Of a stretch of DNA of 64,000 nucleotides, positions 29,604 through 39,427 are shown piece after piece. Source of the DNA: Verrucomicrobiota bacterium (GTDB lineage Bacteria; Verrucomicrobiota; Lentisphaeria; Lentisphaerales; Lentisphaeraceae); assembly GCA_039798785.1 (NCBI GenBank), contig JBDKFG010000001.1:1-64000 (forward strand), given 5' to 3'. The position numbers and the translations under genes are program-made. Under the pieces are notes generated by a model. It ran no database searches and was not told the origin of the DNA. It saw nothing but the letters and a program-made list of their open reading frames with translations. Numbering within the stretch: the first letter of the stretch is position 1; every line of letters starts with the position of its first letter.

Positions 29604-31145
29604 TCAGAGGTTGACAGATTCATCCTTATTTCGGGCGGGTGCCTTGACCGCTTCGGCCCTGGCTTGGGCGACCCGCTTGTCCTGGCCCTTGGTCGAGGGG
29701 AGGAAGCGGTAGTACACCGAGAGCATCAGGACGGCCATGGTGGTGGCATGCACTTTCTGGGTCAACTCGTCGCCGATCTGGGCGCCGAACTGGTGGCCGG
29801 GATAGTCCCAGTAGCCGGCCGGATTCTGGTGTGTCTTCAGCATCGGCAGGAACTTCTTCTGCCAGCTCTTCCACAGCGGGCCGCCTTCCTGGAAGGCGAC
29901 ATAGGTGCCGTAATACCAGCTGTACATCGAGTTCTGCGGCGGCGCGTTCCAGTCGAGCTTTTTGATGTCCTCTTCGGCGATGGTTTTGACGATCGGCTGA
30001 AGGGCGGCCATGGGCTTGCCCTGGTCGTCCCAGGCTTCTTCGAAGAGCTGCAGGCAGAGGGTGCCGACGGCTCGCATCGCCTCGTTCTTGCGGCCCTCGT
30101 TGTTGCAGTAGGTGAAGCCGCCGAGGGCGCGTTGCTTCAGGTTTTCGACCGATTTGGCGATCGCGGCGTCCAGTCCGGGCTCGATGCACTGGGCCGACTT
30201 CGCCGCCTTCAAGGCCTGGAAGTTCCAGCCGGCGATCGACAGGTCGTCGCGCTCGCCCTTGCGGTAGTTGTAGTCGAAGCCGCCGCCCGCCTGCTGGCCT
30301 TGGATGATGCGGCGGACATTGGCGTTCATCACCTCTTCCAGGTTGTAGTTGCTGGTCATCGCATAGGCTTCGCAGAGGGCGTAGGTCTTGATGGCGTGTG
30401 AGTAAAGGTGTTTGTCAGCATGATCGTCACTTCTTGATTGCGCCAGGTATTGAATCGCCCGTTCCACCGTCTTGCCGTAATTTTTCGCAGTCGGGGTTTC
30501 GCCGTTGGCGAGGAAGCAGAGCAGAGCCAGCCCGGTGTAGCCGTCTTCAGCCGCAGTGCCCCAGGAGCCGTCGGGTTTCTGTACTTTCGCCAGCCAGGCG
30601 AGGGCCTTGTCGGTGATGATTTCGGGCCGGGGTCCTTTCGGATCGCCATACTTGGCCACCATGCTGGCCCGGCCACTCTTGGTCCGGCCGCCGAATTCGT
30701 GGCTGGAGACCAATAGCGAGAGATTGTTCTTGACGATCGAGACCATCTCGTTCGACGCCATGTCGTCGGTCGAGGGGTTGGCGTCATCGGTGGATTCCAG
30801 CGCCCGGTCTTTGGCCGGGTCGTTCAGGGCGACCGTGCTCGCTTCGGTGAAGTTCGACTCCTCGGGCTCGGGAATCGGAATCTCCTTCAGCTGCGGAGGT
30901 GGGGGAGGGGGAGTCTCGGGCTTCTTCTCGACCTGGCTGACCACGGTCATCCGCGGCGCCGCCTGGGTCACCGCACCCTTGAGGAAGATCGCGGCGCAGA
31001 CCAGCAGCGCCATGTGGGCCACGGTCGAAACCGTCGGGCCAAGCAGATTCTCCTTCAACTTGCGGCGTCGATAGTCCTCTTCGATCAGATGCAGTTCCTC
31101 GTCGCTCAAGACGCTGATCCGGGGGCTGAGATTTTCGTCGCTCAT
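29604..31145 (-). CDS. Membrane-anchored prenyltransferase/squalene-cyclase-repeat protein
   Basis: ALAWLAKVQKPDGSW, TGLALLCFLANG, QQAGGGFDY, QNPAGYW repeats; N-terminal TM and Pro-rich linker. Confidence 0.8.
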   Translation of the reverse strand: MSDENLSPRISVLSDEELHLIEEDYRRRKLKENLLGPTVSTVAHMALLVCAAIFLKGAVTQAAPRMTVVSQVEKKPETPPPPPPQLKEIPIPEPEESNFTEASTVALNDPAKDRALESTDDANPSTDDMASNEMVSIVKNNLSLLVSSHEFGGRTKSGRASMVAKYGDPKGPRPEIITDKALAWLAKVQKPDGSWGTAAEDGYTGLALLCFLANGETPTAKNYGKTVERAIQYLAQSRSDDHADKHLYSHAIKTYALCEAYAMTSNYNLEEVMNANVRRIIQGQQAGGGFDYNYRKGERDDLSIAGWNFQALKAAKSAQCIEPGLDAAIAKSVENLKQRALGGFTYCNNEGRKNEAMRAVGTLCLQLFEEAWDDQGKPMAALQPIVKTIAEEDIKKLDWNAPPQNSMYSWYYGTYVAFQEGGPLWKSWQKKFLPMLKTHQNPAGYWDYPGHQFGAQIGDELTQKVHATTMAVLMLSVYYRFLPSTKGQDKRVAQARAEAVKAPARNKDESVNL

Positions 31146-31402
31146 CGGCTTTCTCCTGTTTTTGGGTTTTATCGACTTTGTCACATTTGTCGTTCTTGAC
31201 TCTATTGTGCGCTCGTCTGCTGACTTCGTCAAGGGCCTGCCGTGTGATTTTTGATGTTTTTGTCGATTTTGCTGTTTGCTTTCGATTTGAGGTGATGGCG
31301 GGGGGAAATCTCCTGCGTCTGCCGGAGCTTGGGTCGGAGAGGGGTCGCAATCCGTCTTCGAGCCTCTAGATTGGCGGCCAAAATGACGGAGCCCAGCTTT
31401 TT

Positions 31403-32374
31403 ATGAAAAAGACAGTTTTACTTTTCAGCTTCCTGTTCAGCCTCGGCCTGGCGGCGGAGGAGGCCGGCACCTACAGCGACGGCATAGCCGCCAAGGTGAA
31501 TGGCAAGGCTATCACGGTTTTCGATGTCAAGAACATGGTGCAGCGCGAGGAGCGGGAGATCCGCAGCCGCGCCGCTCCTGCGGAAGTGAATCAGAAGGTG
31601 ATGGAAGCTCGTCAGCAGAGTCTGGAGCGTCTGATCGACAACCAGGTGATCCTGACCGCTTTCCGCAATTCCAAGTACGAAGTGCCCAGCACCCTGATCG
31701 AGACCGAGATCGAGCAGATCATCGCCCGTGACAGCGGCGGCGACCGCGACAAGTTCTTGCGCCATCTGGAGCGTGGCGGACTGTCGATGGAAGAGTTCCG
31801 CGACAAGATCGAGGAGAAGCTGGCGATCCGCCTGATGATGAACGAGAATGTCCGCCGCAAAGTCGTTGTCACGCCGCAGGACGTCAGCCTCTTCTACAAC
31901 CGCAATCCGGAGCTTTATTCGCGTCCTGCCCAGGTGCAGATCCGCCTTCTGATGGTGCGCAGCCGCGCTGAAGCCGAAGCGGCCCTCGGGGAAATCGCCG
32001 CAGGCAAGAGCTTCGCCGAGATCGCGGACCGCGTCTCTCTGCTGCCCAAGGCTGAAAAGGACGGCGGCGACATGGGGATGAAGGCGCGAAATGAAATCCG
32101 CGCCGATTTCCAGGCGGTGATCGCCAAGCTCAAGCCCGGCCAGCGCAGCGGCGTCATCGAGACGCCCAACGGCAGCTTCCTGATCGAGCTGGTGGCCGAG
32201 AAGGCCGGCGGACTGATCCCGCTTGAAGAGCTGAAGGACAGGATCCGCGAGGACCTCGAGGACGAGCAGTCCGACCGACTCTACAAGGAGTGGATCAGCG
32301 GCCTCCGCAAAGGCGCCAGCATCGAGCTGATGCAAGGATTGAGCAGCGTCATTCCTCAGGAGCCGAAGAAGTGA
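31403..32374 (+). CDS. SurA-like parvulin peptidyl-prolyl isomerase
   Basis: Signal peptide, DGIAAKVNG..IT, GKSFAEIA, DGGDMG, LKPGQRSGVIET. Confidence 0.88.
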   Translation: MKKTVLLFSFLFSLGLAAEEAGTYSDGIAAKVNGKAITVFDVKNMVQREEREIRSRAAPAEVNQKVMEARQQSLERLIDNQVILTAFRNSKYEVPSTLIETEIEQIIARDSGGDRDKFLRHLERGGLSMEEFRDKIEEKLAIRLMMNENVRRKVVVTPQDVSLFYNRNPELYSRPAQVQIRLLMVRSRAEAEAALGEIAAGKSFAEIADRVSLLPKAEKDGGDMGMKARNEIRADFQAVIAKLKPGQRSGVIETPNGSFLIELVAEKAGGLIPLEELKDRIREDLEDEQSDRLYKEWISGLRKGASIELMQGLSSVIPQEPKK

Positions 32375-33207
32375 AGCTGGCGGAGCTCATCGCCCTCCTC
32401 GCCGAGAGGGGTATCCACCTGTCGCCTTCTCGAGGCCAGAACTTTCTCGTCGACAGCAACCTCCTGCAGGCGATGGTGAAGGAGCTGAAGCTGCGCTCCG
32501 GCGAGCCGATCCTCGAAGTCGGCCCCGGCGCCGGCGTCTTGACCCGAATGATGCTCGAGGCCGGCTGCGAAGTCTACGCCATCGAGTTCGACGCCAAGCT
32601 GGCGGAATACCTCGAAGGCGAATTCGCCTCCAACCCGCGTTTCCACCTCCTCAAGGCCGACGCCTGCAAGGCCGACATCGCCAGCTTCCTGCAATTGCCG
32701 CGCGACTTCCGCTGCATCTCCAACCTGCCCTACAACATCTCCAGCGTCTTCCTCGCCCAGTGCCTCGAGCTGCCCAGCCCGCCCAGCGAGATGTTCCTCC
32801 TCCTGCAACGCGAAATGGCCGAGCGCCTCGCCGCCGATTCCTCCAGCAAGGACTACGGATCCCTCACCGTCCGCATCGGCGCCGCCTACGAAGTCAGGAT
32901 CCTCCGCGGCGTCCCGCCGGAAGTCTTCTTCCCCCGCCCTAACGTCCAGTCCGCCTTCATCCGCCTCCGCCGCAAAAAGGAAATCCCCTCGCCGGAAGTG
33001 ATGGCGATGCTGTCGAAAGTGGTCCGCGCCGCCTTCTCCCAACGCCGCAAGCAGATGCGCAAGCTGGTCGAGCCGATCTTCCCCGCCGGCGTCGCCGCCG
33101 CCGTCTTCACCGATCTCGGCATCGCCCCCACCGCCCGCGCCGAAGAGCTGTCGATCGACACCTGGCTGCTCGTCGCCGGACGCCTGGTCCTGCGCTGCCG
33201 CTGCTGA
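32371..33207 (+). CDS. rsmA: 16S rRNA dimethyladenosine transferase
   Basis: GQNFLVD, LEVGPGAGVLT, SNLPYNISS, QREMAERL, YGSLTV, RAEELS; GTG start. Confidence 0.96.
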   Translation: MKLAELIALLAERGIHLSPSRGQNFLVDSNLLQAMVKELKLRSGEPILEVGPGAGVLTRMMLEAGCEVYAIEFDAKLAEYLEGEFASNPRFHLLKADACKADIASFLQLPRDFRCISNLPYNISSVFLAQCLELPSPPSEMFLLLQREMAERLAADSSSKDYGSLTVRIGAAYEVRILRGVPPEVFFPRPNVQSAFIRLRRKKEIPSPEVMAMLSKVVRAAFSQRRKQMRKLVEPIFPAGVAAAVFTDLGIAPTARAEELSIDTWLLVAGRLVLRCRC

Positions 33208-33212
33208 AAGCC

Positions 33213-33665
33213 ATGGCCGACGCTTCCGACGAGCTGCTCCGCCAGGTGCGCCAGGTCTATGCCGACACCGCCGCCCGCGACTTCCCCAACAGCTGCCAGG
33301 CGCGCGCCGCCTGCTGCCATTTCCGCAACGCCGGCCACGTCCCCTTCCTCACCCGCGGCGAAGCCCTGGTGGCCGCCAAGGCGGTGCGGGCCCGCGGCCT
33401 CCGCAAACTGACGGAACACCCCGAAGGCGCCTGCCCCCTGATCAATGCCGAAGGACGCTGCACCATCTACGAGGCCCGCCCCTTCGGCTGCCGCACCCAC
33501 TTCTGCAAAGAGGCTGGCGGCATCGTCCCGCGCCCCCTCATCCGCGACCTGGTGCAGCGACTCGAAGCCATCGACCGCGAACTCGGCGGTGACGGCGGCC
33601 GCAACTTCCACTCCGCCATCAACCAGGCGCTCAGCGAACTCGACGGCAAAAAAAGCCGGCGCTGA
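33213..33665 (+). CDS. YkgJ family cysteine-cluster protein
   Basis: CQARAACC, CPLI...CTIYEARPFGCRTHFC. Confidence 0.88.
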   Translation: MADASDELLRQVRQVYADTAARDFPNSCQARAACCHFRNAGHVPFLTRGEALVAAKAVRARGLRKLTEHPEGACPLINAEGRCTIYEARPFGCRTHFCKEAGGIVPRPLIRDLVQRLEAIDRELGGDGGRNFHSAINQALSELDGKKSRR

Positions 33666-33876
33666 GCCCGCTCTTGAAGCCGATTCACCACGAAGAGCTA
33701 AGAGCTGCTTGCTCAAGCCTAAAGGGCTTGCAGCCCAAAGCCCCGGGTTGGCGCCTCGCCTACCCTGGGGAGGGACGATTTTGAGTCCCAACCCCAAGGG
33801 GGTTTCAGCTCGCTCCAGGCGCTCGGGAGCAGCAGCAGGCCCGAAACTCCTCCTTTCGTGTCTTTCGTGGTGAGAA

Positions 33877-35526
33877 TTAGTTCCGTGAGGCTCTCACCCT
33901 CTCCCAATCCAGGCCGAAAGCGGCGAGGTATTTGCGCAGGCGGTCGCTGTCGTTGCTGGTCTTTTTCTGGGTCCGGCTGACCGCAAACAGCTTGCGTCCG
34001 GCCTCGGCCATCGACACCGAGTCGCGGCAGACGGCGAGCACGGTTTCGAGCTGGGCCCGGTCAAAGAGGTCGATGGCTTTTGCGGCCTCCGCATCCAACA
34101 CGGCTTCGATCAGGCCGGGGACAGACGGCTGGTCGACTCCCCAGTCGCGGCGGAGGCGGACGATCTCGCCCTCGACCAGTTCCAGCGAAATGCGCTTGCC
34201 GCCGGCGAGGGTGGCGAGGCGGGTCAAGGAGGCGTTGAGATCGCGGAAATTGCCGCTCCAGCTCGCCTCCTTGGAACGGGCGAAGGCGAGATAGCGGGCG
34301 TAGGCCTCCTTGTTGAAGGCCGCCGCCTTGCCGAGGCTGCGGCCGAGCTTCTCCAGCTCGTGCTCGATGTTCGGCTCCAGGTCCTCTCGACGCTGCGCCA
34401 GGCCGGGGAGCTCGAAGGTCCAGAGCTTGAGGCGGGCGAGCAGATCGCCGCGGAAGCGGCCGGCCTGGACGTCGCCCAGTAGGTCGCGATTGGTGCCGCA
34501 GATGAGCTGGAACTCGGAGCTGGTGGTCTTGTCCGAGCCCACCGGATGAAATCGCTTCTCCTCGAGCGCGTGGAGGAGGATCGCCTGGGCCTCGAGAGGC
34601 AGCTCGCCGATCTCGTCGAGGAAGAGGATGCCCTTGTCCGCCGCCTTCAGGTAGCCCTCGCGATCGGCCGCGGCGCCGGTGAAAGCGCCTTTGCGGTGAC
34701 CGAAGAGGGCGCTCATCGCGGTGTCGCCGCGCAAGGTGGCGCAGTTGACCTCGACGAAGTCGCCCTTGAGCTTGTTTTGCGCCTTGCGCAGCTCGTAGAC
34801 GCGGCGCGCCAGCGAGCTCTTGCCGGCGCCGGTGGGACCGAGCAGCAGCATCGGCGCGGCGCTGCGCTCCGCCACCACCTCGATCTCGTCGATCATCCGG
34901 TTGAAACTCGGCGAACGGGTGGCGATGCCGGCCTTGAGGAAGCTGCGGCGGTCGCCGGCCTCGACCTCGAAACGTGCCGCCAGGCCGTCGTAACGCGACA
35001 GGTCGAGATCGATCAGCTCGCAAGTGCCGATCTGGATGCCCTTGAGCGCGGGCAGGAAGTCCTCATCCTCAGGCACCGGCTCCTTGTTGGGGCGGTAGCG
35101 CTCGGGCGGCGCGGTCTGGGCCAGCAGCCCCGGTAGATGCCCCGACTCGGTGAGGAGGAAGAGGCAGATCTGCTGCACGTGGGTGCCGGTGGTGATGTGG
35201 ATCAGCAGCTCCTCGGACTCGGCGTCGATCGCCAGTCTGCGGCTGAGATCAAAAAGGACGCCGTAGACCTCGGCGAGATCCCAGGGATCTTCGATCGGCA
35301 CGACGTGGGTGTTGATCTCCAGCTCGGGACGCAGCTTCGCCAGGTCCTTGAGCAAGGCCGCCGCCTGCTCCTCCTGCTTCGCCTCGATCAGCAGCTCCAG
35401 CCGCTGCACCCCGAGCTTGTCATTGAGGCAGAGCGCCAGGGTCGGACGCCACTTGCGCCAGCGATCCTTGCCCAGACCGCTGTCTTTCATCGAACCGAAA
35501 ATGCCGAAGGCGACGCGTGATTTCAT
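33877..35526 (-). CDS. rtcR: Sigma-54-dependent RNA-repair activator RtcR
   Basis: CARF-type N-terminus (RWRKWRPT, DPWDLAEVYG, HITTGTHVQQIC), GPTGAGKS, GAFTGA, LFLDEIG, C-terminal NDSDRLRKYLAAFGLDW. Confidence 0.97.
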   Translation of the reverse strand: MKSRVAFGIFGSMKDSGLGKDRWRKWRPTLALCLNDKLGVQRLELLIEAKQEEQAAALLKDLAKLRPELEINTHVVPIEDPWDLAEVYGVLFDLSRRLAIDAESEELLIHITTGTHVQQICLFLLTESGHLPGLLAQTAPPERYRPNKEPVPEDEDFLPALKGIQIGTCELIDLDLSRYDGLAARFEVEAGDRRSFLKAGIATRSPSFNRMIDEIEVVAERSAAPMLLLGPTGAGKSSLARRVYELRKAQNKLKGDFVEVNCATLRGDTAMSALFGHRKGAFTGAAADREGYLKAADKGILFLDEIGELPLEAQAILLHALEEKRFHPVGSDKTTSSEFQLICGTNRDLLGDVQAGRFRGDLLARLKLWTFELPGLAQRREDLEPNIEHELEKLGRSLGKAAAFNKEAYARYLAFARSKEASWSGNFRDLNASLTRLATLAGGKRISLELVEGEIVRLRRDWGVDQPSVPGLIEAVLDAEAAKAIDLFDRAQLETVLAVCRDSVSMAEAGRKLFAVSRTQKKTSNDSDRLRKYLAAFGLDWERVRASRN

Positions 35527-35590
35527 CTGGATTCCTTGTGAATGTGGCTCAATCGTCCCGATCGAGGTTTTCTAGTTCAAACTGGTGTCA

Positions 35591-35691
35591 GTCAATCCGG
35601 TCAATCGCGTCAATGGAGTCCGGCGTCCCGGGACTTCATTGACGGGATTGACGCGATTGACGCGATTGACGCGATTGACGCGATTGACGCG
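35591..35691. repeat. Palindromic element with 9-bp tandem arms (ATTGACGCG x6 against inverted GTCAAT units)
   Basis: GTCAATCCGGTCAATCGCGTCAAT-GGAGTCCGGCGTCCCGGGACTTC-ATTGACGGG(ATTGACGCG)5. Confidence 0.9.
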
Positions 35692-35737
35692 AGATCTCAT
35701 CCCGGGAGCCCAGGCGTCCCGCCTGCCAAATCGATAA

Positions 35738-36442
35738 TCAGTCCCACCAGAAGTGAAAGACGCCGGTGTCTTTGACCTCCTGATACATTTCAGATTCACC
35801 ATCCCACATGCTGTGATAATACTCGCCACCTTCCGATCCCGTTCTTTCGAAAAGCTGATTAATCTGCCTTAAATGAGCCTCCGTCACGGGCTCCAAAAAC
35901 TGAATCTTCAGACCTGCGGAATCCGCAAAAATGAATCGCCCTGGGAGCATGGCCAGCATCGACTCGGCGCGACTGATCACCGTTTCCTGCACCTGGTGAT
36001 GACTCAGCCCGTAGCTGTTGCAGCCATGACTGCCAACGTCAAAAGTTTCGACGATTTCGCGAGCGCTGACGTTGCTCGGCATCCGGTACAAGCGATGGCC
36101 AGCGGGATCTGCTTCTTCGATCAAGCCCCAGAGATCAAAAAAGCCATCCGGGGCTTTGCTTTGCGGCACCGCGCCAATCTCCTCGGGCTTTGCCTGCCGA
36201 CCCTTTTTCCACCCCGGCTTCCCGGGGACTTCAAAAAAACCTTCCATGTCGCATTCTCCTTGGTGAGTTTGAGCTTGATATCTAGCTCGTTTTTTCTCGT
36301 GACGGCCCCGCCGAAACATGCCCGGCAGGCAGCGTAGAATGAAGAAAAACAGATTCGGGCCAGTATTGCGCCTCCGCTGCAAAAACAAGGCAAGGATCAT
36401 CACGGCCGCAACGATGCAAATGATTTGGCTGACGGGATGCAT
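35738..36442 (-). CDS. Hypothetical protein with N-terminal TM and C-terminal FWWD (DUF4253-like ending)
   Basis: 234-aa lower-GC ORF ending FHFWWD. Confidence 0.65.
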   Translation of the reverse strand: MHPVSQIICIVAAVMILALFLQRRRNTGPNLFFFILRCLPGMFRRGRHEKKRARYQAQTHQGECDMEGFFEVPGKPGWKKGRQAKPEEIGAVPQSKAPDGFFDLWGLIEEADPAGHRLYRMPSNVSAREIVETFDVGSHGCNSYGLSHHQVQETVISRAESMLAMLPGRFIFADSAGLKIQFLEPVTEAHLRQINQLFERTGSEGGEYYHSMWDGESEMYQEVKDTGVFHFWWD

Positions 36443-36528
36443 AGGCTTGATCGATTCCGAAGTTTTGAGTGGGTTGCTGTTGAAAGGAGTACAGGCGTCC
36501 CGCCTGTCAAATCAAGGGGCAGGATGCC

Positions 36529-36783
36529 TTATCGCTCCTCAATCAGCCAACTGTGGATCGCTCTGGCGATTTTGCGCCCGCCACCATCCGAGGGTTCGAT
36601 CGGAGAAGTGGCAGCGAAGTCTTCCGGCTCGGTGCAGACCAACCTGAGATCAAGAAGGTCGATGCCCTGGCGACGAGCCAAGGTGGCGATGCTGTCATTA
36701 AAAATCGCTATCATCACCTTGGCTCCTTCCTGAATGCCAGGTATGGCATCATGGGACCCGCAAAAAGCCGTAACCGGGAAATC
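36529..36783 (-). pseudogene. 3' remnant of an SGNH/GDSL hydrolase-like gene
   Basis: IFNDSI...IDLLDLRLVCTEPEDFAATSPIEPSDGGGRKIARAI resembles GDSL C-termini; the N-terminal half is missing. Confidence 0.55.
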
Positions 36784-37006
36784 ATTCAGGGTGATACGGA
36801 GTGATTTTGCCGTCCGGAGTCACCCACATCAATTTCCCGTCAATGAAACGGGTGATGTTCAAACCCGCCGCCAAAGCCGCCTCTGAAGCCTGCTTGCCAG
36901 CCTCACTCGCAATCGCCTCTAGATCGCGGCGCGAGATATCCTCCAAACGGCGTCCTCGAACCCTTTCGGCCAAGGTCTTTGATGACTTTCTTGCTTTCAT
37001 CCTCAT
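36782..37006 (-). CDS. Small hypothetical protein (orphan antitoxin-like)
   Basis: 74 aa, RBS AGGAG, AALAAGLNITRFIDGKLMWVTPDG. Confidence 0.55.
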   Translation of the reverse strand: MRMKARKSSKTLAERVRGRRLEDISRRDLEAIASEAGKQASEAALAAGLNITRFIDGKLMWVTPDGKITPYHPE

Positions 37007-37233
37007 CTCCTAAGCGGAGTTTTTCCAAGGCAAAGATACATCCATACGCCAGAGACCTCAAGCCTCCCCCTATCAGATTGACCAAAGATATCTAAAATCA
37101 TAGAATCCTAGAAATTAGTATACAAAAATCCAACCAAAGAAACACATGAAAAGCCCACACGAAAATCTTTTAAAATTTCTAACTACTGAATTCAAATCAC
37201 TTACAACTTGAATTTTCGGCCTTCATGGATCCA

Positions 37234-37249
37234 TGGCACAGGGCTTTCT
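37234..37249 (+). promoter_or_regulatory. Sigma-54-type promoter of the rsr-Y RNA unit
   Basis: TGGCAC-AGGGC-TTTCT, the same variant as the rtcB promoter, with an AT-rich upstream region at 37080-37215. Confidence 0.75.
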
Positions 37250-37315
37250 ATAAGGACTGGCAACAAGACGACGCCGAACTTCACCCCAACCGAGTCCCCA
37301 ACCAGGAATGCCCCG

Positions 37316-38908
37316 ATGAACAAGAACCTCTTCTCCTCGCTTCTCGCCAAAGCCCCCGCCGCGACCGCCGTCAACGGCGCCGGTGGCAAGGCCTACCAGA
37401 AAGACGATCGCCACGCCCTCGCCAGCCTGGTCCTCACCGGCTGCTTCAACGGCACCTTCTACGCCAGCGCCGAAGACCAGCTGACCAAGGTGATCGAGCT
37501 CGCCGGCAAGGTCCCCGCCGAGTTCCTCGCCAAGCTCGCCCTGGTCGCCCGCAAGGACGCCTACCTGAAGGACTCGCCCGCCCTGCTGCTCGCCGTCCTC
37601 ACCGTCCGCGACGCCGATCTCGCCGAGCGCGTCTTCCCCCAGGTGATCGACAACCTCAAGATGCTCGCCAACTACGTGATGGTGATCCGCGCCGGCACCG
37701 TCGGCCGCAAGTCCCTCGGTTCCCGCCCCAAGCGCTGGGTCCGCCAGGCCATCGCCGCCCGCACTCCCGCCCAGCTCTTCACCGGCTCGGTCGGCCTCTC
37801 GCCCACCTTGGCCGACCTGGTCAAAATGGTCCACCCCAAGCCCGAGACCGCGGAGCGCCGCGCCCTCTACGCCTGGCTCATCGGACGTCCCTACGAGACC
37901 AGCGAGCTGCCGCCCGAGGTCCAGGCCTTCGAAGCCTTCAAGGCCGAGCGCCGCGCCGGCATCCGCAGCGAGGTCCTCGACCTCCCCTTCCAGATGCTCG
38001 CCAGCCTCGATCTCGATACCGAAGACTGGAAAGGCGTCGCCCGCAACTGCTCCTGGCAGGTCGCCCGCATGAACCTCAACACCTTCGCCCGCCACGGCGT
38101 GCTCAAGGACGAGGCCAGCGTCGAGGCCCTCGCCACCAAGCTGCGCGACGAAGCGCTCATTGCCAAGGCCCGCGTCCTGCCCTACCAGATCCTCAACGCC
38201 TACAAGCAGGTCGACGACGAGGTTCCCCGCAAGCTGCGCGACTCCTTGGCCGATGCCCTCGAGATCGCCACCCGGCAAGTCCCCGCCTTCACCGGCCGCA
38301 CCGTGGTCTTCGTCGACGTCTCCGGCTCGATGCATTCCGCCATCACTGGCAACCGCAAAGGCGCCACCAGCAAGGTCCGATGCCTCGACGTCGCCGCCCT
38401 GATCGCCGCTTGCGTCCTGCGCAAGAACCCCGACGCCATGGTCGTCCCCTTCGCCGAAAAGGTCCGGGAAGACGCCATCCGCCAGCTCGAGCCCCGCGAT
38501 TCGGTGATGACCAACGCCGAGCGCCTCAGCTCGCAACCCGGCGGCGGCACCCACTGCGCCTCGGGGATGGAGTGGATGAACCGCAAGGGCCACCGCGCCG
38601 ACACCGTCCTCTATGTCTCCGACAACGAGTCGTGGATGGACCGCGCCCAAGGCCGCGGCACCGCCCTGATGGAGCAGTGGCTCAAGTTCAAGGACAAGAA
38701 CCCCAGCGCCAAGCTGGTCTGCCTCGACCTGCAGCCCAACATCACCTGCCAGGCGCCCGAGCGCCAGGACATCTTCAACATCTCGGGCTTCTCCGATGCC
38801 GTCTTCGGACTGCTCCAGCGCATCGCCGAGGGCGAAGTCGACGCCGGCTTCCTCGTCCAAAGCCTCGAAGCCCGCCCCTTGCCCCTCAAAAAAGAGGAGA
38901 AAACTTGA
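37316..38908 (+). CDS. rsr: TROVE-domain Ro60 ortholog (Rsr)
   Basis: NGAGGKAY, TGCFNGTFYASAEDQL, GRKSLGSRPKR, RMNLNTFARHG, RVLPYQ, vWA MIDAS DVSGSM, GGGT, VSDNESW, ISGFSDAVF. Confidence 0.96.
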   Translation: MNKNLFSSLLAKAPAATAVNGAGGKAYQKDDRHALASLVLTGCFNGTFYASAEDQLTKVIELAGKVPAEFLAKLALVARKDAYLKDSPALLLAVLTVRDADLAERVFPQVIDNLKMLANYVMVIRAGTVGRKSLGSRPKRWVRQAIAARTPAQLFTGSVGLSPTLADLVKMVHPKPETAERRALYAWLIGRPYETSELPPEVQAFEAFKAERRAGIRSEVLDLPFQMLASLDLDTEDWKGVARNCSWQVARMNLNTFARHGVLKDEASVEALATKLRDEALIAKARVLPYQILNAYKQVDDEVPRKLRDSLADALEIATRQVPAFTGRTVVFVDVSGSMHSAITGNRKGATSKVRCLDVAALIAACVLRKNPDAMVVPFAEKVREDAIRQLEPRDSVMTNAERLSSQPGGGTHCASGMEWMNRKGHRADTVLYVSDNESWMDRAQGRGTALMEQWLKFKDKNPSAKLVCLDLQPNITCQAPERQDIFNISGFSDAVFGLLQRIAEGEVDAGFLVQSLEARPLPLKKEEKT

Positions 38909-38916
38909 CCTGATTT

Positions 38917-39023
38917 GATCGGCAGGACGGATGCCGTCCCGGACTACATGGAAAGAGGAGTTGCAGCTCGCTGCGCCTGCCCCGCAAGGAGCTTGTCCGG
39001 ACTTTCTCGCCGCCCTGCCGATC
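38917..39023 (+). ncRNA. Y RNA-like unit 1 (no tRNA module)
   Basis: Terminal stem GATCGGCAGG/CCTGCCGATC; ATGCC opposite TCTCG; inner stem GTCCCGGAC/GTCCGGAC; starts 8 nt after the rsr stop. Confidence 0.8.
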
Positions 39024-39031
39024 TTCCCTCT

Positions 39032-39095
39032 GGAGCGAATGCCAGTCTGACTACATCCGAAAAAATGTCCCTGTCAGGCAAACCCTCGTCGCTCT
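39032..39095 (+). ncRNA. Y RNA-like unit 2 (minimal, about 64 nt)
   Basis: GGAGCGA/TCGCTCT stem; ATGCC opposite CCTCG; inner stem GTCTGAC/GTCAGGC. Confidence 0.72.
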
Positions 39096-39101
39096 TTCCC
39101 T

Positions 39102-39251
39102 TTCTGAAGTCAAATGTCCGAAACGAGTCCAAGGTTACACCCCCCGATTGTCGCGGGTTCGATTCCCGCCGAGATCTCCGGATCTCGTAGCTCAGCGGTA
39201 GAGCGTCGACTCGCAAGAGTACTCTCGTTCCTCCCCTCGTTGACTTCAGAA
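39102..39251 (+). ncRNA. Y RNA unit 3, YrlA-like with a permuted tRNA domain
   Basis: 12-bp stem TTCTGAAGTCAA/TTGACTTCAGAA; T arm GCGGG-TTCGATT-CCCGC (39153-39169); acceptor CGAGATC-TCCG-GATCTCG; D arm TA-GCTC-AGCGGTA-GAGC; GCAA hairpin. Confidence 0.9.
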
Positions 39252-39260
39252 TCTCTAGAC

Positions 39261-39419
39261 GATCTGCGGCAGGAATGCCGTCCAGGACTCCAAGGAGTCA
39301 GTTCCTCACCGAGTGCAGGTTCATGTCCTGCCGCCGGCTCGCCGGCGTGGCGAAAAAGAAAGACGCGCTGATTGCCTCGCGAGAGGCGCTGTCCTGCCCT
39401 TCTCGTCCTGACGCAGATC
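39261..39419 (+). ncRNA. Y RNA unit 4, YrlA-like with a permuted class II (Leu-like) tRNA domain
   Basis: GATCTGCG.CAGGA/TCCTG.CGCAGATC stem; variable arm CTC-ACC-GAG; T arm GCAGG-TTCATGT-CCTGC; acceptor CGCCGGC/GCCGGCG; D arm TG-GCG...AGA-CGC; GCGA hairpin. Confidence 0.87.
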
Positions 39420-39427
39420 TCCCCCAT

